This document shows positions 37,140 through 51,745 of a stretch of DNA of 64,000 nt, one piece after another. Source of the DNA: Eledone cirrhosa (taxonomy: Eukaryota); assembly GCA_964016885.1 (NCBI GenBank), contig OZ024741.1, forward strand, positions 167,896,001 through 167,960,000, read 5' to 3'. The first letter of the stretch is position 1; every line of letters starts with the position of its first letter. The notes below the pieces were generated by a model. It searched no databases and had not been told where the DNA came from. It was given only the letters and a program-made list of their open reading frames with translations. Made by a program: the position numbers and the translations under genes.

Positions 37140-37495
37140 CATCATCATCATCACCATTTTACGTCCGTTCTTCCATGCTAGCATGGGTTAGACTGGTTGT
37201 CCTGTTGTGGGCAGTGTCTGGTCGGCTGACCATGCCTTGCCCATACAAGAACTGATTTTGGCTTGATTTCTACAGCTGGATGCCCTTCCTAACACCAACC
37301 TCATTTACAGTGAGTGCTTTTTTCCGTGGCACCTACACGTCCACTTTACAGTGTGGGCTGGGTGCTTTTTTGCCGTGGCACCTCCACGACCATTTTGCAG
37401 TGGGAGGGTGTGGGGGCATATTGTCTATATGCTTCAGCTTGTACCCATGGGAGGTCGGGTACTCTGTAATACTGCGTGATGCCAGAGGTCACGGT
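37140..37495 (-). mobile_element. RTE-tail retroposon copy
   Basis: Similar to 29165-29548. Confidence 0.7.
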
Positions 37496-37511
37496 CGTGT
37501 ATATATATATA

Positions 37512-38108
37512 TATATATATATATGAATGTATATAGAGTGTATTTTGCAATACACTGTATGCTTAATTAAAAGCATTTCGAAGACCTTATGCTATTGTTT
37601 TAGAGTAGTGACAGACTCACTTACTTTAATTTTCAGCAAACAGGGGAGATAAAGCTGACAGGGCCCTGTTTTGCACTTATTGATGCTTATCAAAGCCAAA
37701 TACTCCTCCTGTTTGCTGAAATCATGAATGTTTGGTTCTTATAGAATTCTAGTAAATAATCAGGAACTGATTATACAGAGCGCTTGCCGGTTAAGCAGAA
37801 ATTGAAAATTAGAATTGGTGCTCTGAAATAGCTATATATATATTATTTATTAGAATTCTATAAGAACCAAACATCCATGATTTTAGCAAACAGGGGGAGG
37901 GGCTTTGATAAGCATCAATAAATGCGAAACAGGGCCCTGTCAGCTTTATCTCCCCTGTTTGCTGAAAATTAAAGTAAGTGAGTCTGTCACTACTCTAAAA
38001 CAATAGCATAAGGTCTTCGAAATGCTTTTAATTAAGCATACAGTGTATTGCAAAATACACTCTATATACATTCATATATATATAGCTATTTTAGAGCACC
38101 AATTCTAA
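37512..38108. mobile_element. Fold-back PLE-like repeat (about 245-bp arms) with a secondary short inversion
   Basis: 37512-37760 vs 37842-38083; 37808-37840 is inverted at 38077-38108. Confidence 0.85.
37885..37964 (+). ncRNA. Type-I hammerhead ribozyme motif, U3-A8 core variant, extended stem I
   Basis: ggct-TTGATAA-gcat(caataa)atgc-GAAAC-agggccct-GTC-agct. Distal stem agcaaacagggg/cccctgtttgct. The mirror arm has GAAA>AAAA. Confidence 0.75.
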
Positions 38109-38449
38109 TATATATACATCCAAGTGTAAGTACAAATATATATATATACACACATATATATATACACCCAAATGTAAGTACAAATATAAGAAAAGAGAAA
38201 TAAACACATAATGTGGAAGTTGAGAGTATTTATGTTATCTGGTTTTATAGACATAAGCATATCTACCTCTTTCCTTGAAATAAATCTCCCTCTCTCTTTG
38301 CTGGTGCATTCAGTAAAGCAAGGAACCATATGTAAGGGAGGTGCAAGCCTCCAGCACATCTGAGAGGTCAATAGCTCTGCTGATGACCTGATGTTAATTG
38401 ATGTTAATTGATAATGATACATACACACACACACACACACACATTCATA

Positions 38450-39370
38450 TGTCGGGTCACTCTTGAGTGCTACTGGTAACATGTAAGCCAGTACAATCTG
38501 TCGCATGGTTAGGTCGTCGGCGACTAAACCGGCAACCCCACTAAGTTTACTTGGTGAGGAGGGTGATATTTTGACACCCTGAAGGACAAAAACAAAACCT
38601 GACAAAGAACTCATAAGGGTCAACGGCCATCCAAAAGTGTGTAAATATGAATATACACATGTAAATATGTATGTATATGTATATGTGTATATACATAGGT
38701 GCATTTGTATGTATATGCGCGGGGACATAGACATACATACGTACGTACATACATATATATGGTGGCTGCCAACTCGTTTTCGAGTACGGCCACTACTTTA
38801 TATCCATGTAGGAGAACCCCTACCGATGCGCTGAACGAGTGTGACTTTTTAGTCCAGCCAGCGACTTGAAAACTCTGGTACAAACACTACACTTGTGACA
38901 ATTATTGACACATAGTGCTTTACCTTTGGTACCATGTGACGACAAGTGCAGAGAGATCTCCAGATACAAAGCAATGCCTGTGCCATGAAGCTTTTATAGT
39001 GAGCAAAGGCACTGCACAAAGCCAGTCCCACTCTCTTAACCAAGATGATATTTACCAAAAAGAAGAACAAGTCAACATCATTGGATACCATCAGGGTTGC
39101 AGGTGTTATATCAGAGTTTTCCTTCTCCTAGAATTCTGCCTTGACAAAGGCTAAGGGGTCATCTCTCCCAGTGATTTTGGATGGCCATTGACTCTTAAGA
39201 GCTCCTTTGCCCTTTGACAGGTTTTGTTTTTAGTCCTGCAGGATGTCCAAAGTCACCCTCCTCACCAAGAAACCTTGGTGGGGTTGCCAGTTTAGTCGCC
39301 AACGACCCGACCATGAGACAGGTTGTACTGGGATACATGTTACCAGTAGCACCAAGTGGTGACCTGACAT
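38450..39370. mobile_element. Two inverted copies of a ~185-bp repeat (38450-38635 +, 39178-39370 -) around another interspersed repeat
   Basis: gtgctactggtaacatgta..cagtacaa..gtcgt.ggcgactaaac.ggcaacccca; a third copy lies at about 52935-53130. Confidence 0.7.
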
Positions 39371-39371
39371 G

Positions 39372-39391
39372 ATATATATATATATACATAC

Positions 39392-39424
<33 letters not shown>

Positions 39425-39821
39425 CATACATACATATATACATAGATATATACATACATACATACATACATATATAGATATATACATACATACATACATA
39501 CATATATAGATATATACATACATACATACATACATATATAGATATATACATACATACATACATACATATATAGATATATACATACATACATACATACATA
39601 TATAGATATATACATACATACATACATACATATATAGATATATACATACATACATACATACATATATAGATATATACATACATACATACATACATATATA
39701 GATATATACATACATACATACATACATATATAGATATATACATACATACATACATACACATATATATATATACACATATATATATACATACATACATATA
39801 TATATATATACATATATATAT

Positions 39822-39852
<31 letters not shown>

Positions 39853-39863
39853 CATATATATAC

Positions 39864-39900
<37 letters not shown>

Positions 39901-39901
39901 C

Positions 39902-39948
<47 letters not shown>

Positions 39949-40053
39949 CATACATATATATATACATATATATATATATACATACATACATACATACACA
40001 TATATATATATATACATACATACATACACACATATATACACATATATACATAC

Positions 40054-40098
<45 letters not shown>

Positions 40099-40099
40099 C

Positions 40100-40148
<49 letters not shown>

Positions 40149-40170
40149 CATACATACATACATATATATA
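39372..40170. repeat. (TA)/(TACA) microsatellite with 32-bp higher-order period in 39440-39740
   Basis: tatatagatatatacatacatacatacataca repeated about 9 times. Confidence 0.9.
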
Positions 40171-40631
40171 ATATAAGTTAAAACAATGAAACAAAAAATC
40201 AAGTCACCAGAGATATACTTCACTGCTCCACGATCGCTTCCAGGTGGTATATACATATATATACATATATACATACATACAAACATACATATATACATAC
40301 ATGATGGCTGCAACTCGATTTTGAGTAATGCCATTGCTTAATACTTAAGCAGGAGCATCTTGGGCATGGCTTTTTAGTTCAGCTAGGGACTTGCCTATGG
40401 CCAGCCATGTCAAATATTGCAAAAAATGTTACATATCAAGCAATGCCTGTGCTTGAAGCTTTTTTTAAGTGAGGAAAGTCTTTGCATGGGGCCAATCCCG
40501 CTCTCTGAACATCGAATGCATTTACCCAAAAAGAAGAACTGGTCTACACCATTGGCTGCAAACAGAGTTGCAGGTTTTATATCAGAGAGAAATGTCTTAG
40601 TGAAGAGTAGGGGTCTCATGTTCTACAAAAA

Positions 40632-40852
<221 letters not shown>

Positions 40853-42490
40853 CTTTCCAATAGTCTCACTGTACATAGAAGAATATAAGCAATTATTTTT
40901 AGGCTTTTGGAAGATTATTGCCTCCCTAAGATTCTGCCTGCACAATCGATTTATTTGACTATACTCAGAACTGCTGCTTGAGTATTTAGCACCCTAGGTT
41001 AGTTCTTGGTCTTTTGTCTATGTTAGCTTATTTTATTGTGAAGTAATACACACATCTGGGTTATCTATTTAATTTTGTTGACCTCAGAAAAAGACTGATT
41101 AAATCTTAGCATACAACCAAATACCACTCACTCTCTTTTGCATCCCTCCATCAGCAGATTCTTCCCTTTCTTTTTGTGCCCAACCATGCCAGCATGAAGA
41201 GACTGCTGCATACAATCCCCAGTGTAGAGCCAGATATCGCTACCTATCGACTAAACCACCCTCTTTCTCTCCCCCACTCCCTTAATAAAGCAGCATGTAG
41301 CTTCAGACTTCAACCACTGCCTTCTTAGCCTGGCTGATGATGACATAAGTTATAGAACTAGTGCCATGACAAAATGCTGATGATGACATAAGTTATAGAA
41401 CTAGTGCCATGACAAAATGCAGTCAGAATGGTACTGCTGGTGCAATAACAAAAAGCACTTGGTCTACCCTGCCAGGTGATAGTGTTGGTGCTATGACAAA
41501 AAGCACCCAGTCTATCATCTAACGTGGTAGTGTCGGTGTCATGATAAAATTCTTTTAGTATGCACTGTAATGCAATTGGTATTAGGAATGGCATCCAGCC
41601 ATAGAAACCAAGCCAAAAATGAAACCTGTGAACAAGACATGGTCACCTGACCATTTTAGCCTCCAGTATATGACAATCCACCTAACCTATGCATTCTTGG
41701 AAAATAGATGGTAAACCGTGATGATGATGATGATGATGATGATTGGATTATCACACTGTTTCATACTATGCTAAAGAAGTCTTGCTGATAAAGACCTAGT
41801 TACCTGGAAATATACTGCAATAGAATGCAACCTAATCAATCAACAATTTATAGATCTACTGAGATAAGATCAACCTGCATTATTTAATTAGCTCAATATT
41901 GTTCTGAAATATCAACCAAGTATGACAAAGAAAACAATGACTAAATACTAATTAAAATAATTGTAATGGTTTTCTCCAAATATTATTATCATTGTTATTT
42001 TTATTATTATCATTATTATCATTATTATTATTACTATTAGTAGTGGTAGTAGTGGTGGTGGTGGTGATGATTCTGGTGCTGGTAACAGTAACAGTAGTAG
42101 TAGTAGTAGTATCGTTTCTCTTTACTCTGCATTTTGCTGTTTCTCTATTGGCTTTTGGATTGCTAGATATCAAGTTGTCGATTGCAGTCTTAAGTATCTA
42201 GCACTTTTTAGCAGAAAGAAAACCCACACTATATTATCCTGTACCGTCTTTATTGTCCTCTTAATGTAAGCTCTTTGTGGCTTATAAAGAAACCATTATC
42301 ATTATTATTAGAGCAGTGGATTGGCAGTATCAGTAGAGCGTTGGACAACATGCTTTTGGCATAGAGTTACGGCACTTTATGTTCTGTGTTCAAATCCTGC
42401 TAAAGTTAGTTTTGCTTTTCCTCCCTATGGTGTTGATAAAATAAAGTACCAGTAATGCACTTGGATCGATTTAATCACCTTTCCCTCACC

Positions 42491-44385
42491 CAATTAACAA
42501 AAAGCCAATCTATGCAAAATTTTAGTTCAAGTGAACCACTGCAAGGCGTGAAATTTTGAAGTTTTCGCCCGGAAAGTCAGTTTTTCAAATAAAAACTTTT
42601 TATCTCTTATATAATTTTCTCTTAAATTAAAAACTTGTTCAGACTTATTCTTGGTGTTAAAAGGATGTGGCAATAAATATAATGGGGAAGGCAACTTGCA
42701 AAGCTGGGGACAGAGCGCAGGTATAGGGCAAACACCTATTTTTCGCTGTGGGAGCAGCAAAATTTTAACTTTCGGAAAATTACCTATTGCTAAGGGCCAC
42801 TCTAATATACATATATCTGTATGTGGTTGAGAGCTGAGAGAAATGAGTACTCGGTATTGAGTAATATATATATATTTGGCTTAGTAGTTAGAGCATTGGC
42901 CTTGCAATCGAAAGGTGGTGCGTTGTTTCCTTGAGCAAGACACTTTATTTCACATTGCTCCAGCTGTAGAAATGAGATGATAGGACTGGGGTCCCTATCA
43001 TTCCACTGCAAAGTGGTCGTGGAGGTGCCACGGCAAAAAAGCACCCAGCCCACACTGTAAAGTGGATGTGTAGGCGCCACGGAATAAAAGCACCCAGCAC
43101 TCCCTGTAAATGAGGTTGGTGTTAGGAAAGGAATCCAGCTGTAGAAATCAAGCCAGAATCATTTCCCGTATGAGCAAGACAAGGTTAACCGACCAGACAC
43201 TGCCCACAACAGTGTCCGGACGGGCAGTGTCCAGTCGGCTGACCTTGTCTTGCTCATACGGGAACTGATTCTGAACTGATATGTATATATATACTCTCCT
43301 TACTATCTTTGCTTTCATATTTCTCCATGCTCCCCTTTTCTTGTTGTATTTGTATATAAAAAAGTACATAGCTACAAGGAGAAAGGGAGGGCAAAGAGAA
43401 AAGAAGAGTAAGGAGAGCAAGGTGAGCAAGGAGAAAAGGAGAACAAGGAGAGCAATGAGAAAAAGAGGACACGGAGAGGAAGGAGAAAAGGAGAACAAGG
43501 AGAGCAATGAGAAAAGGAGAGCAAGGAGAGCAATGAGAAAAAGAGGACAAAGAGAGCAAGGAGAACAATGAGAAAAGGAGAGCAAGGATAAAAGGAGAGC
43601 AAGGATAGGTTAAGGCAAATATTGCTCAAATTATGCTAGAAGTAGACAAAGGTGAAAAAATCAACTGAAGAAGTACATTCTGCACCAAAATGACTTTTTT
43701 TCCTTTACAAACATCGAGTCTTTTGTAACTCTTGGTACAAAAACTTTCTTCACAAGACTTTCTATCAGCACCAATTTCCTCAACAAAGACCCTTCAACGT
43801 GGAAGGATTAACCTGGTTGCACAAGTGAACTTGAAAAACTTGAGAAGACTGTTGTTGTGAATGATGTTGCAGAAAGAGGTGTCAAACTCATTCAGGATTA
43901 CAATAACATTCTCACAAAAGATGAAACTGAGAAACAATTTGTTTTACAGATCGTTACCGAAAACCGTAAAACATACCCAACTGCCACTAAATCCTCTCTT
44001 ATGCAAAAATAATGTTCAATATTCAGTGTTCAGTGTTCACATTATGTTTTTGATTCCATATAAATTATTGTTGTAAATAAAAATGTCTTTCTCTTATAGA
44101 AGTTGTGTGCTTTATTAAGAAAACCTAATATATCTTAAGTTTTTCAAGTTATTTCAGGAATTTTTCAAATTAACTATTAATAAATTTGATTCAGAACGTT
44201 TTTAAACATTTGCTGGGGTTGCCTGGATGTGTCCACATAAATTTCTCTAAGAAGAAAAAATGGTTGAGATAGGGAACAGTATACTGCTTTTGAATAGAAT
44301 TAATCGTTGCGTATACTATGTTCCAACTTCAAGGCGTTTGATGGCCGCCTAACAGTTGCCCGATTGAGCTGAAAATTTGCACACC
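42491..44385 (+). mobile_element. Second copy of the hATm-like composite, with a longer transposase remnant (about 43610-44012) and a SINE insertion (about 42877-43277)
   Basis: Collinear with 35685-36720. Hand translation: ESFVTLGTKTFFTRLSISTNFLNKDPSTW..VVVNDVAERGVKLIQDYNNILTKDETEKQFVLQIVTENRK. Confidence 0.7.
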
Positions 44386-44557
44386 CCATGTGTTTGTTGA
44401 TTATCATCATTAGTTGTGTTGTCACTGCCTTACTGAGCATGGTTTTATGCACCTTGGTTATGTGCAGTGTTGTTTTGGGGCCTGTTGTTTCTATTGTAAC
44501 TTTTTCACTATTTTTGTTGTTGTTAATTATTTTTGTTTTCATTTTCTTCATAATTAT

Positions 44558-44741
44558 CTTGGCAGAATCTGTAGAGGGTTGGACGCCATGCTTTGCAGCA
44601 TAGAGTTATGGCCCTTTACGGTTTGAGTTCAAATGCCGCCGAGGTTAACTTTGCCTTTCATCCTTACAGGGTCAGTAAAATAAAGTACCAGTAATTCACT
44701 GGAATAATTGCTGGCCTTGTGCCAAAAGTAGAAACAATTAT
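44558..44741 (+). mobile_element. SINE family A
   Basis: Same head and central domain. Confidence 0.85.
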
Positions 44742-44749
44742 CTACCAAT

Positions 44750-45425
44750 TCAGCTTGTTTTGAATTTGTTGGCTTCCTTAAACACAGAAAACAAATTTTT
44801 GATTTGTTCATGTTTCCTAGCCATTTGTATTATCTTTCCATTATCCTTCATTAGATATTTTTGTAGTCCTATGGTGGTTATTCATGATAGTTTTCTAGTT
44901 GCTAAAGGCCCCTATACGATTTCTACATCTAATTTTAGGTGGTGTATTCTAAATACAATCAATATTTTTCTTTTTTTCTGTCTTGTCTTGTTAATTATTT
45001 TAGTGTCAAATAAAAAAATTAAAACTGTAGCTTATTATTGAAATTGTTAGAGTATAGATGCCTATTACCTGACTCTTTGCATTTACTTCTGCTTTAAGTT
45101 GTATAGTATTGTTTTCGGGCCTTTGATTTCACCCTCTGTATGATGAACACTGTCTATTTAATTGATTCCTAAGTATTTGTATGTCTTTCTTTTATCTAAT
45201 TCTTTTATCTCAGTTTCTTTATCTAGCATGATAGTATTTTTAATTAATTTTCCTTTCTTCCAGCATTTTTCTAGTTTAAACTTCATCCCTATTTGTTTTG
45301 TTTATCTATGTACTGTTCACAACAGTGTTTCAAATTGTCTCTTGTCTACAGTGTACAGCTTGAAATTATCTATATTGAAGAGATGATTAATTTTCTTGTC
45401 ATAGCATGTATATCCTCACCAAGTC
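44750..45425 (-). pseudogene. Heavily decayed R4/Dong-like RT fragment
   Basis: Hand translation of the minus strand: INHLFNIDNFKLYT (cf. HLLYMDDLKLY), IGMKFKLEKC, TYKYLGI. Confidence 0.6.
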
Positions 45426-45901
45426 CTGTTTAGTATCTCAGATAATGGTGTCTATCGGAAATCTTTAAAATAAAAATGTTAAATTATGAGGGTCCTTGAA
45501 ATATATGGTTGACAGAACCAATAACATTGATTTGTTTAACAAAATGTATAGAATTGGAAGAGGAAAACCCACACAATATATGGATTGATTCAGAAATAAA
45601 GGATTGCTACCTAGAACATCTTGCTTATAGACTCTACTTCTAACAACAAAAGAATAAATAAGGTACTTCTGTTTTGATGCAAGGCTTTTGATGATGAATC
45701 CACTAAAGAAATATTTACAGGGGATTTTGGTGATCCATACGAAGTATATAATGCATGGTAGGCAAGCAGAAATGTGGAGTGTTCTGATATGACTTAATTA
45801 GTTGGTTCTCACCTGTGTGTGAGTGGGTAGCCCTGAATGTTTTTATGTTTTATATTATATCTTGTGTTAATTATTGTGTATTTTATAATTATTTTATTGT
45901 T

Positions 45902-46250
45902 TTATTTGGAGAGGGTCATGTCCTAATATTGCCAAAAATAGTAAAACACACTCACTGTTAGGTTTAGGTTTAGCTTTAGTTTCAGTATATTTATTTCATA
46001 TTTCTATAAATAATTTAGCTGGTAATAAATGTTTATCATTGATTGATCAATAGTTAAAAGTATAAATATAAATATAATTTCTCAAAGTTCTTTGAGAAAA
46101 TGTGTGATGAAATGATAAACATTGATTGCCAGCTAAATTATTTATAGAAATATAAAATAAATATACTGAAACTGAAGCGGAAACCAAACCAAACAGTGGG
46201 TGTGTTTTAATATTTTTCGTAATATTAGGAAAACATGAACTCCCCAAATA
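45902..46250. repeat. Diverged inverted repeat (about 135-bp arms, 70-bp spacer)
   Basis: 45902-46040 vs 46110-46250. Confidence 0.75.
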
Positions 46251-46470
46251 TAGCAATATCTGTTTCAACTCATGATTTCATATAAAAAACCTTGCAAAAC
46301 AAATACATCGCTGCCAACAATTTTATTCATATTCCATTCCACTTTGTTTCATGAAATTTTGTTTGTCCAGCTGCACATGTAAATAATATTTATTGTTATA
46401 TATGTAAGCATTGTGGCTAGTAAAGAAATTATCACTATTATTATGATCAATATTAATATTATCATCATCA

Positions 46471-46696
46471 TTAACCCTTTACCATTTACATTACTTTCTA
46501 TATACTATTGTATTTTCACAGTAAACACTTTATCTCACCTAATTATCTCACATAATATCGAATCTATGAGATGTTGATATTATTTATGTTGAGAACAATA
46601 TCTTAACAGTAGAAGTGGCCGGTTACAGCCAATTTGAACAGAAAGAGGTAAGAGAATTCTGGCCAGATATGTCCGGTTTAAATGCTAAAGGGTTAA
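46471..46696. mobile_element. piggyBac-type MITE (same family as 6321)
   Basis: TTAA|CCCTTTA...TAAAGGG|TTAA. Confidence 0.85.
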
Positions 46697-46765
46697 TATC
46701 ATCATTATCATTATTAGTGCTGTAAATCACAACAGCATCAACAACAATAACAGCAGTCATCATCG

Positions 46766-46932
46766 GGGAATTGGCAGTATTGGTAGAAAGGTCGGACATG
46801 CTTTCCAGCATGATCTGAGTTCAAATCCCGCCGAGGTTAACTTTGCCTTTCATCCTTACGGGGTCGATAAAATAAAGTACCAGTAATGTACTGGGTAATT
46901 GCTGGCCTTGTGCCAAAAGTAGAAACAATTAT
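46766..46932 (+). mobile_element. SINE family A (internal deletion in the head)
   Basis: Same head and central domain. Confidence 0.85.
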
Positions 46933-47519
46933 AATTATTAGATAAGCAATAATTAAGTTTTCCCATTTTTGAAAGGGAATCATTAAGTTTAAATAACAGC
47001 TTATATTCTAATCAGAACTAATATATAACTACACTATTAATATAATACTTTGAGAGGAGTTGCAACTGGCAGTTATATCATCAATCGAAAGACCAATGGA
47101 AACATTGTTTCTTTGGTCTGATCTGTTGGTTGGCTCCCTTCTTTTACTTTTAACTATAATAATAACTATAGTAATACTATTTGGAAATGATTCTTTTCAA
47201 AAGTAATTTTCTCTGATTATTGGCACATTTCCATTTTCTCTTGAGTATGTCATATGTTTGACAAGAAAAGCATTCAATTTCATCAATATATCTATTATAT
47301 ATTTAATCCTCACTTAATCTATAACCAATCATTGTGAAATTCTCTACTTTATGATCATTTCGTGACTAAAATACTGAGGAAATGAAATGAAATAAAAACT
47401 TTAAGTATTATTGATTTGACAAACAAAGAAACAAATGAAATAAAATAACAATGAGGCAATATACATACATATGTTGATTTATATATATATGAGTATAAAT
47501 ACACACACACTCACACACA

Positions 47520-47609
<90 letters not shown>

Positions 47610-48034
47610 AGTAGGCAGAGAAAAACTAAATTTTCAATTTAAATTCTTACTTGTAATCTCAGCTTTCATTAAAAAGGTGTAAAGTGCAACTAAAGTATAC
47701 ACTGCCACCTATCACACCTCACAAACATAATCTCATTTTTAGATGAGATGTGCATAACAATATATAATTATTCAGTTACAAGGCCTGATAGCTTTATATG
47801 ATTGCAACAGTTTTCTCAGTAATATACAATGTTATGGACCTCTGTCAGTTTCAATGATGAGTGTTTCTGTTGTTCAATTAATGGAACAGCTTGCTCATGA
47901 AATCAACATGTAAGTGGTTTAGTATTTCATAGACATGTGTATCATTAATGTAAATTTCAAGGAGTTTCAATATGACACAGTGCATATTAAAAGTATAATC
48001 CATTTTGGATTATAATATAATGAAATTATTGTGT

Positions 48035-48123
48035 AAAGTGCTCAGGTGCACTACAAAAGTGCTCAGGTGCACTACAAAAGTGCTTAGGTGCACTACAAAG
48101 TGCTCAGGTGGACTACTATAGTG
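48035..48123. repeat. 21-22-bp tandem repeat x4
   Basis: (aaagtgctcaggtgcactaca)n. Confidence 0.9.
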
Positions 48124-48479
48124 CAAATGGGTGAATATTTCACAGATACGTGTACTCTTAACTTAATTCTCAGAAAGATTTCATGTGTGACAAGACTGTA
48201 TCTTTGAATTACAAGCTCAGTCTATCCAATAAACCTACATATAGTTTCTGTCTACCAAAATTCACTCATAAGGCTTGGTTCAAACTGACACTATGGTAAA
48301 TAGCACTCATCCAAGAGACCTTACGATTGTGAAACATGCTTCTTAACGATTTGGCCTTGCTACCTCCACTCAGAAATACAGGATTACTCAAACACTTAAA
48401 TTACAATAAAAGATAGATATGTAATGTTAATTTATGGTCCCAACTCTTCAAGATGGCCAACTGAATATACATGTGTTTT

Positions 48480-48675
48480 TTTCTCTCCAATTTTTTTCCG
48501 CATTTTCCCTATTCCATCCTCTCTTCACTCGTTAATTTCTATTTATCTTCTATTTCTATCTTCTGATGAAGGACTAGTGTCCGAAACGTTATGACTCTAT
48601 TCCTGTTATTTCAAGCATTAAACTAATATATTTCTTCCATGTACTGTACCATTTGTTTTGTTATTTTTGTTATTA

Positions 48676-48680
<5 letters not shown>
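48480..48680 (+). mobile_element. PLE-like terminal repeat relic with hammerhead-like core (48563-48591); weaker copy at about 49085-49165
   Basis: CTGATGA-a-ggac(tagt)gtcc-GAAACGTTA; stem I poorly conserved. Confidence 0.5.
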
Positions 48681-48757
<77 letters not shown>

Positions 48758-48771
48758 AATATGTATATATA

Positions 48772-48824
<53 letters not shown>

Positions 48825-50087
48825 TGAAGATGCATGGCTTAGTGGTTAGAGAGTTAGATTCACAATTGTGAGGGTCTGAGTTTAATTCCATTACTGGGCT
48901 GTGCATTGTGACACTTTATTTCATGTTGCTCCAGTTCACTCAAGATGATAGAGCTTTCCAACAACGTCATTACAACTCATATACACACTATGCATACACT
49001 ACATATACACTATATGTACTATATAAATACTATAAATGGCTGACAAAAAACACACATGTTTTCCACCAGTGGAAAATCATTTTTCCACTTTTTCCTTTTC
49101 TATCTTCTAATGAAGGACTAACGTCCAAAACATTTAAACTCATCTCTTACTTTATCAAGCGATAACACATGCTAGCATAGACATTGGACGTTAAATGATA
49201 ATGATGACGATGTTGATGATGATTTTTCTCCTGTGATGTTTTTCTTTGTTGACATTTCAGATACTATATACAACATTGTCCAATGCAAAAGCAAAAGCCA
49301 ATACAGCTTGGCATCAATGTCGATGCAAATAAATGACTCCCTCTAATGCTGTTGAATGGACTGGAGTAATGTGAAATAAAGTTCTTTGCTGAAGGACACA
49401 ACACGTGATTTAACTGACAAACTTATAATTGCAGTTACAACACCCTAACCAACTTACTAATAGTTATTTTATACTGCTTAGAAGTTCATTATATTTTGAA
49501 GATGTCAGAGACGTTTGAAAATGCCTCATTTATACAGAATATACTTCTTCATAGTGTTACTTTAGAAGTCTTCAAAACCACTGACCATAAATCATAGATA
49601 TTCCACCAAATGTAATACATTCAATTACTTGCAACATGAATCCACCAGATTCAACTATATGGAATATATTCAATTACTTGGTAAAAACTGAAGAGCTCAA
49701 ATATATTCTTAATACTACTAACATTTGGGAATACTTCTGACAAGTTAAAACTTTTAACATACTTTGTCATCTCTATGTTCTCATAAAATAAATTAATTCT
49801 TTCTAATGTTACCTTAGCATCGTGATGGTGATAAGATTGTAACAATTTCCCATTTTAGATAAAATTGTATTTATTTTATCTGAACATTCACCACTGGTCA
49901 TCTTTCTTGTGATAATCTGATAGATGGGACCAGAACTCCTGATGGAGTCATATATATATACCATAGTGATATATGGTATATCTTGGGCCTTTAAACCTGA
50001 CAGAACCTATCACACTCTAGGTCTAATCATACCTTATTTCTTCTTCTTCTTCTTCTTCTTCTTCTTCTTCTTCTTCTTCTTCTTCTT

Positions 50088-50124
<37 letters not shown>

Positions 50125-50139
50125 AGAAGTGAGAAATAG

Positions 50140-51430
50140 ATATTTGTACCAGTTTTTAGGCTTATACTGTTGACTTTTTCCTTGCACAAGCTCTCCATAA
50201 AAGATTTCCTTTGGAAGCCTTGCATCATTCATGCAAACAAGATGCCATACCCAGTGCATTTGACTCTTACTGATAAGCATAGGTTAGACGGGAATTGTCC
50301 CACTTGAGGCAAGATTGCTCGGGAGACCGTGTCTCACTCATATAGGACTGTCTGGCAGGTTTTCTTCAGCTGGATACCCTTCCTAACACCAACCACATTT
50401 ACAGTGTGGACTGGCAACTTTTTACCATTTTACCTACACAACCACATTACAGCGTGGACTGTGTGTTTTTTTGTTGTGACACCTACATGACCTCGATCTC
50501 ATTATCTCATTTATTTGGACTGGATGTTGTGGTACCAACTTTACAGAGAAAGGGTGGTGTTGGTGGGAGTGGAAGGGTGGGGTAGGGGTAGTGGGTTGGG
50601 GTGTATATTTGGTTAAGAGGTGCCTACTGACTGTAGGTTTTGCTTTGTACATAGGCAAGGCAGGTCTTCCGTATTACTGCGTGGTGCCAATCATACAACA
50701 AAACTGTAAGCACACATGCCACATACACAATTACTTTTGTCCTCAATATTATATCTCTGTATGACTATGGTCCATTCAATTCTAGATAAGGTTTGACAAA
50801 TAGTAGACTATTTCAGTTAACTAATATCAATATAATTTAGAATCTTGACCCCACTCATATGGATCTTCTTACAGATATGAAATATAAACTTTCTCAAATC
50901 AGCTTGTGATCTGTGACACATTTTGCACTAAGCATCACATGTACATTATACACATCAATGAGATCCCATACATACATGATGGCTGCATCTTGATTCCAAA
51001 AACTGCCACCACCTGATTCTCCTCTCACATATGGGTGGAATGAAAATGACTCCTTTAGCTCTGTAAAGGACTTACATTCCTTTCTGCATATGCTGCAGTA
51101 ATGAAAATTACTTCTACTTTGGTTTCCTGTTTTGTTTCGGTGAGCCTTCAACAGATGTTGTGGTCCATTGGCTGAGGCACATTGTTTTCCACAATTCCAA
51201 CAGGAAAAATTGTCAAAGAGATCATAATTGGCAACATTTTGTATGCAGCTTCTATGATGATTTCTAAGACCAGCTTTACTGAGGAAAATCTGGCCCCAAA
51301 TCCGGCCCTCTTTAATTTTTCATGCTCTACACAATATTTTTCTAATTCTTGTTTTCCATTGAATAGTTTTCCTGATTGATCAAAGGAAATGTCTTCCCAG
51401 TTATCTTCTCTGATTTTTGACATAGTCAAA
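50140..51430 (-). mobile_element. Two RTE LINE C-terminal fragments (50140-50280; 50980-51430) with an RTE-tail retroposon (50280-50690) between them
   Basis: HLVCMNDARLPKEIFYGELVQGK; IREDNWEDIS; CSICRKECKS. Confidence 0.65.
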
Positions 51431-51745
51431 ACGCATAAATTTCATAGATCACAAAGTGCATATACCCACATTAGAGATAGAGGTATAGTTATATTGATAC
51501 TCAATTAAAAATATACATATGCATAAATAGATGCAAACATATACATACATCTACACATGTGCACACAATCATATATACATATATTTATATATATATATAT
51601 TTTTTTACATATACACACCTATACACACACACATATATGTAAGTACACACACATACATGTACACACACACATATAAACACTTATACAAATATACTCGCAT
51701 ATACTTACATACATACACACACACACATATATATATATATATCTA

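Noticed and set aside
45721-45756. Possible 36-nt microexon (AG|GGATTTTGG...GCATG|GT, DFGDPYEVYNA)
   Set aside because: Weak polypyrimidine tract, no partner exons, peptide not recognised; expected by chance.
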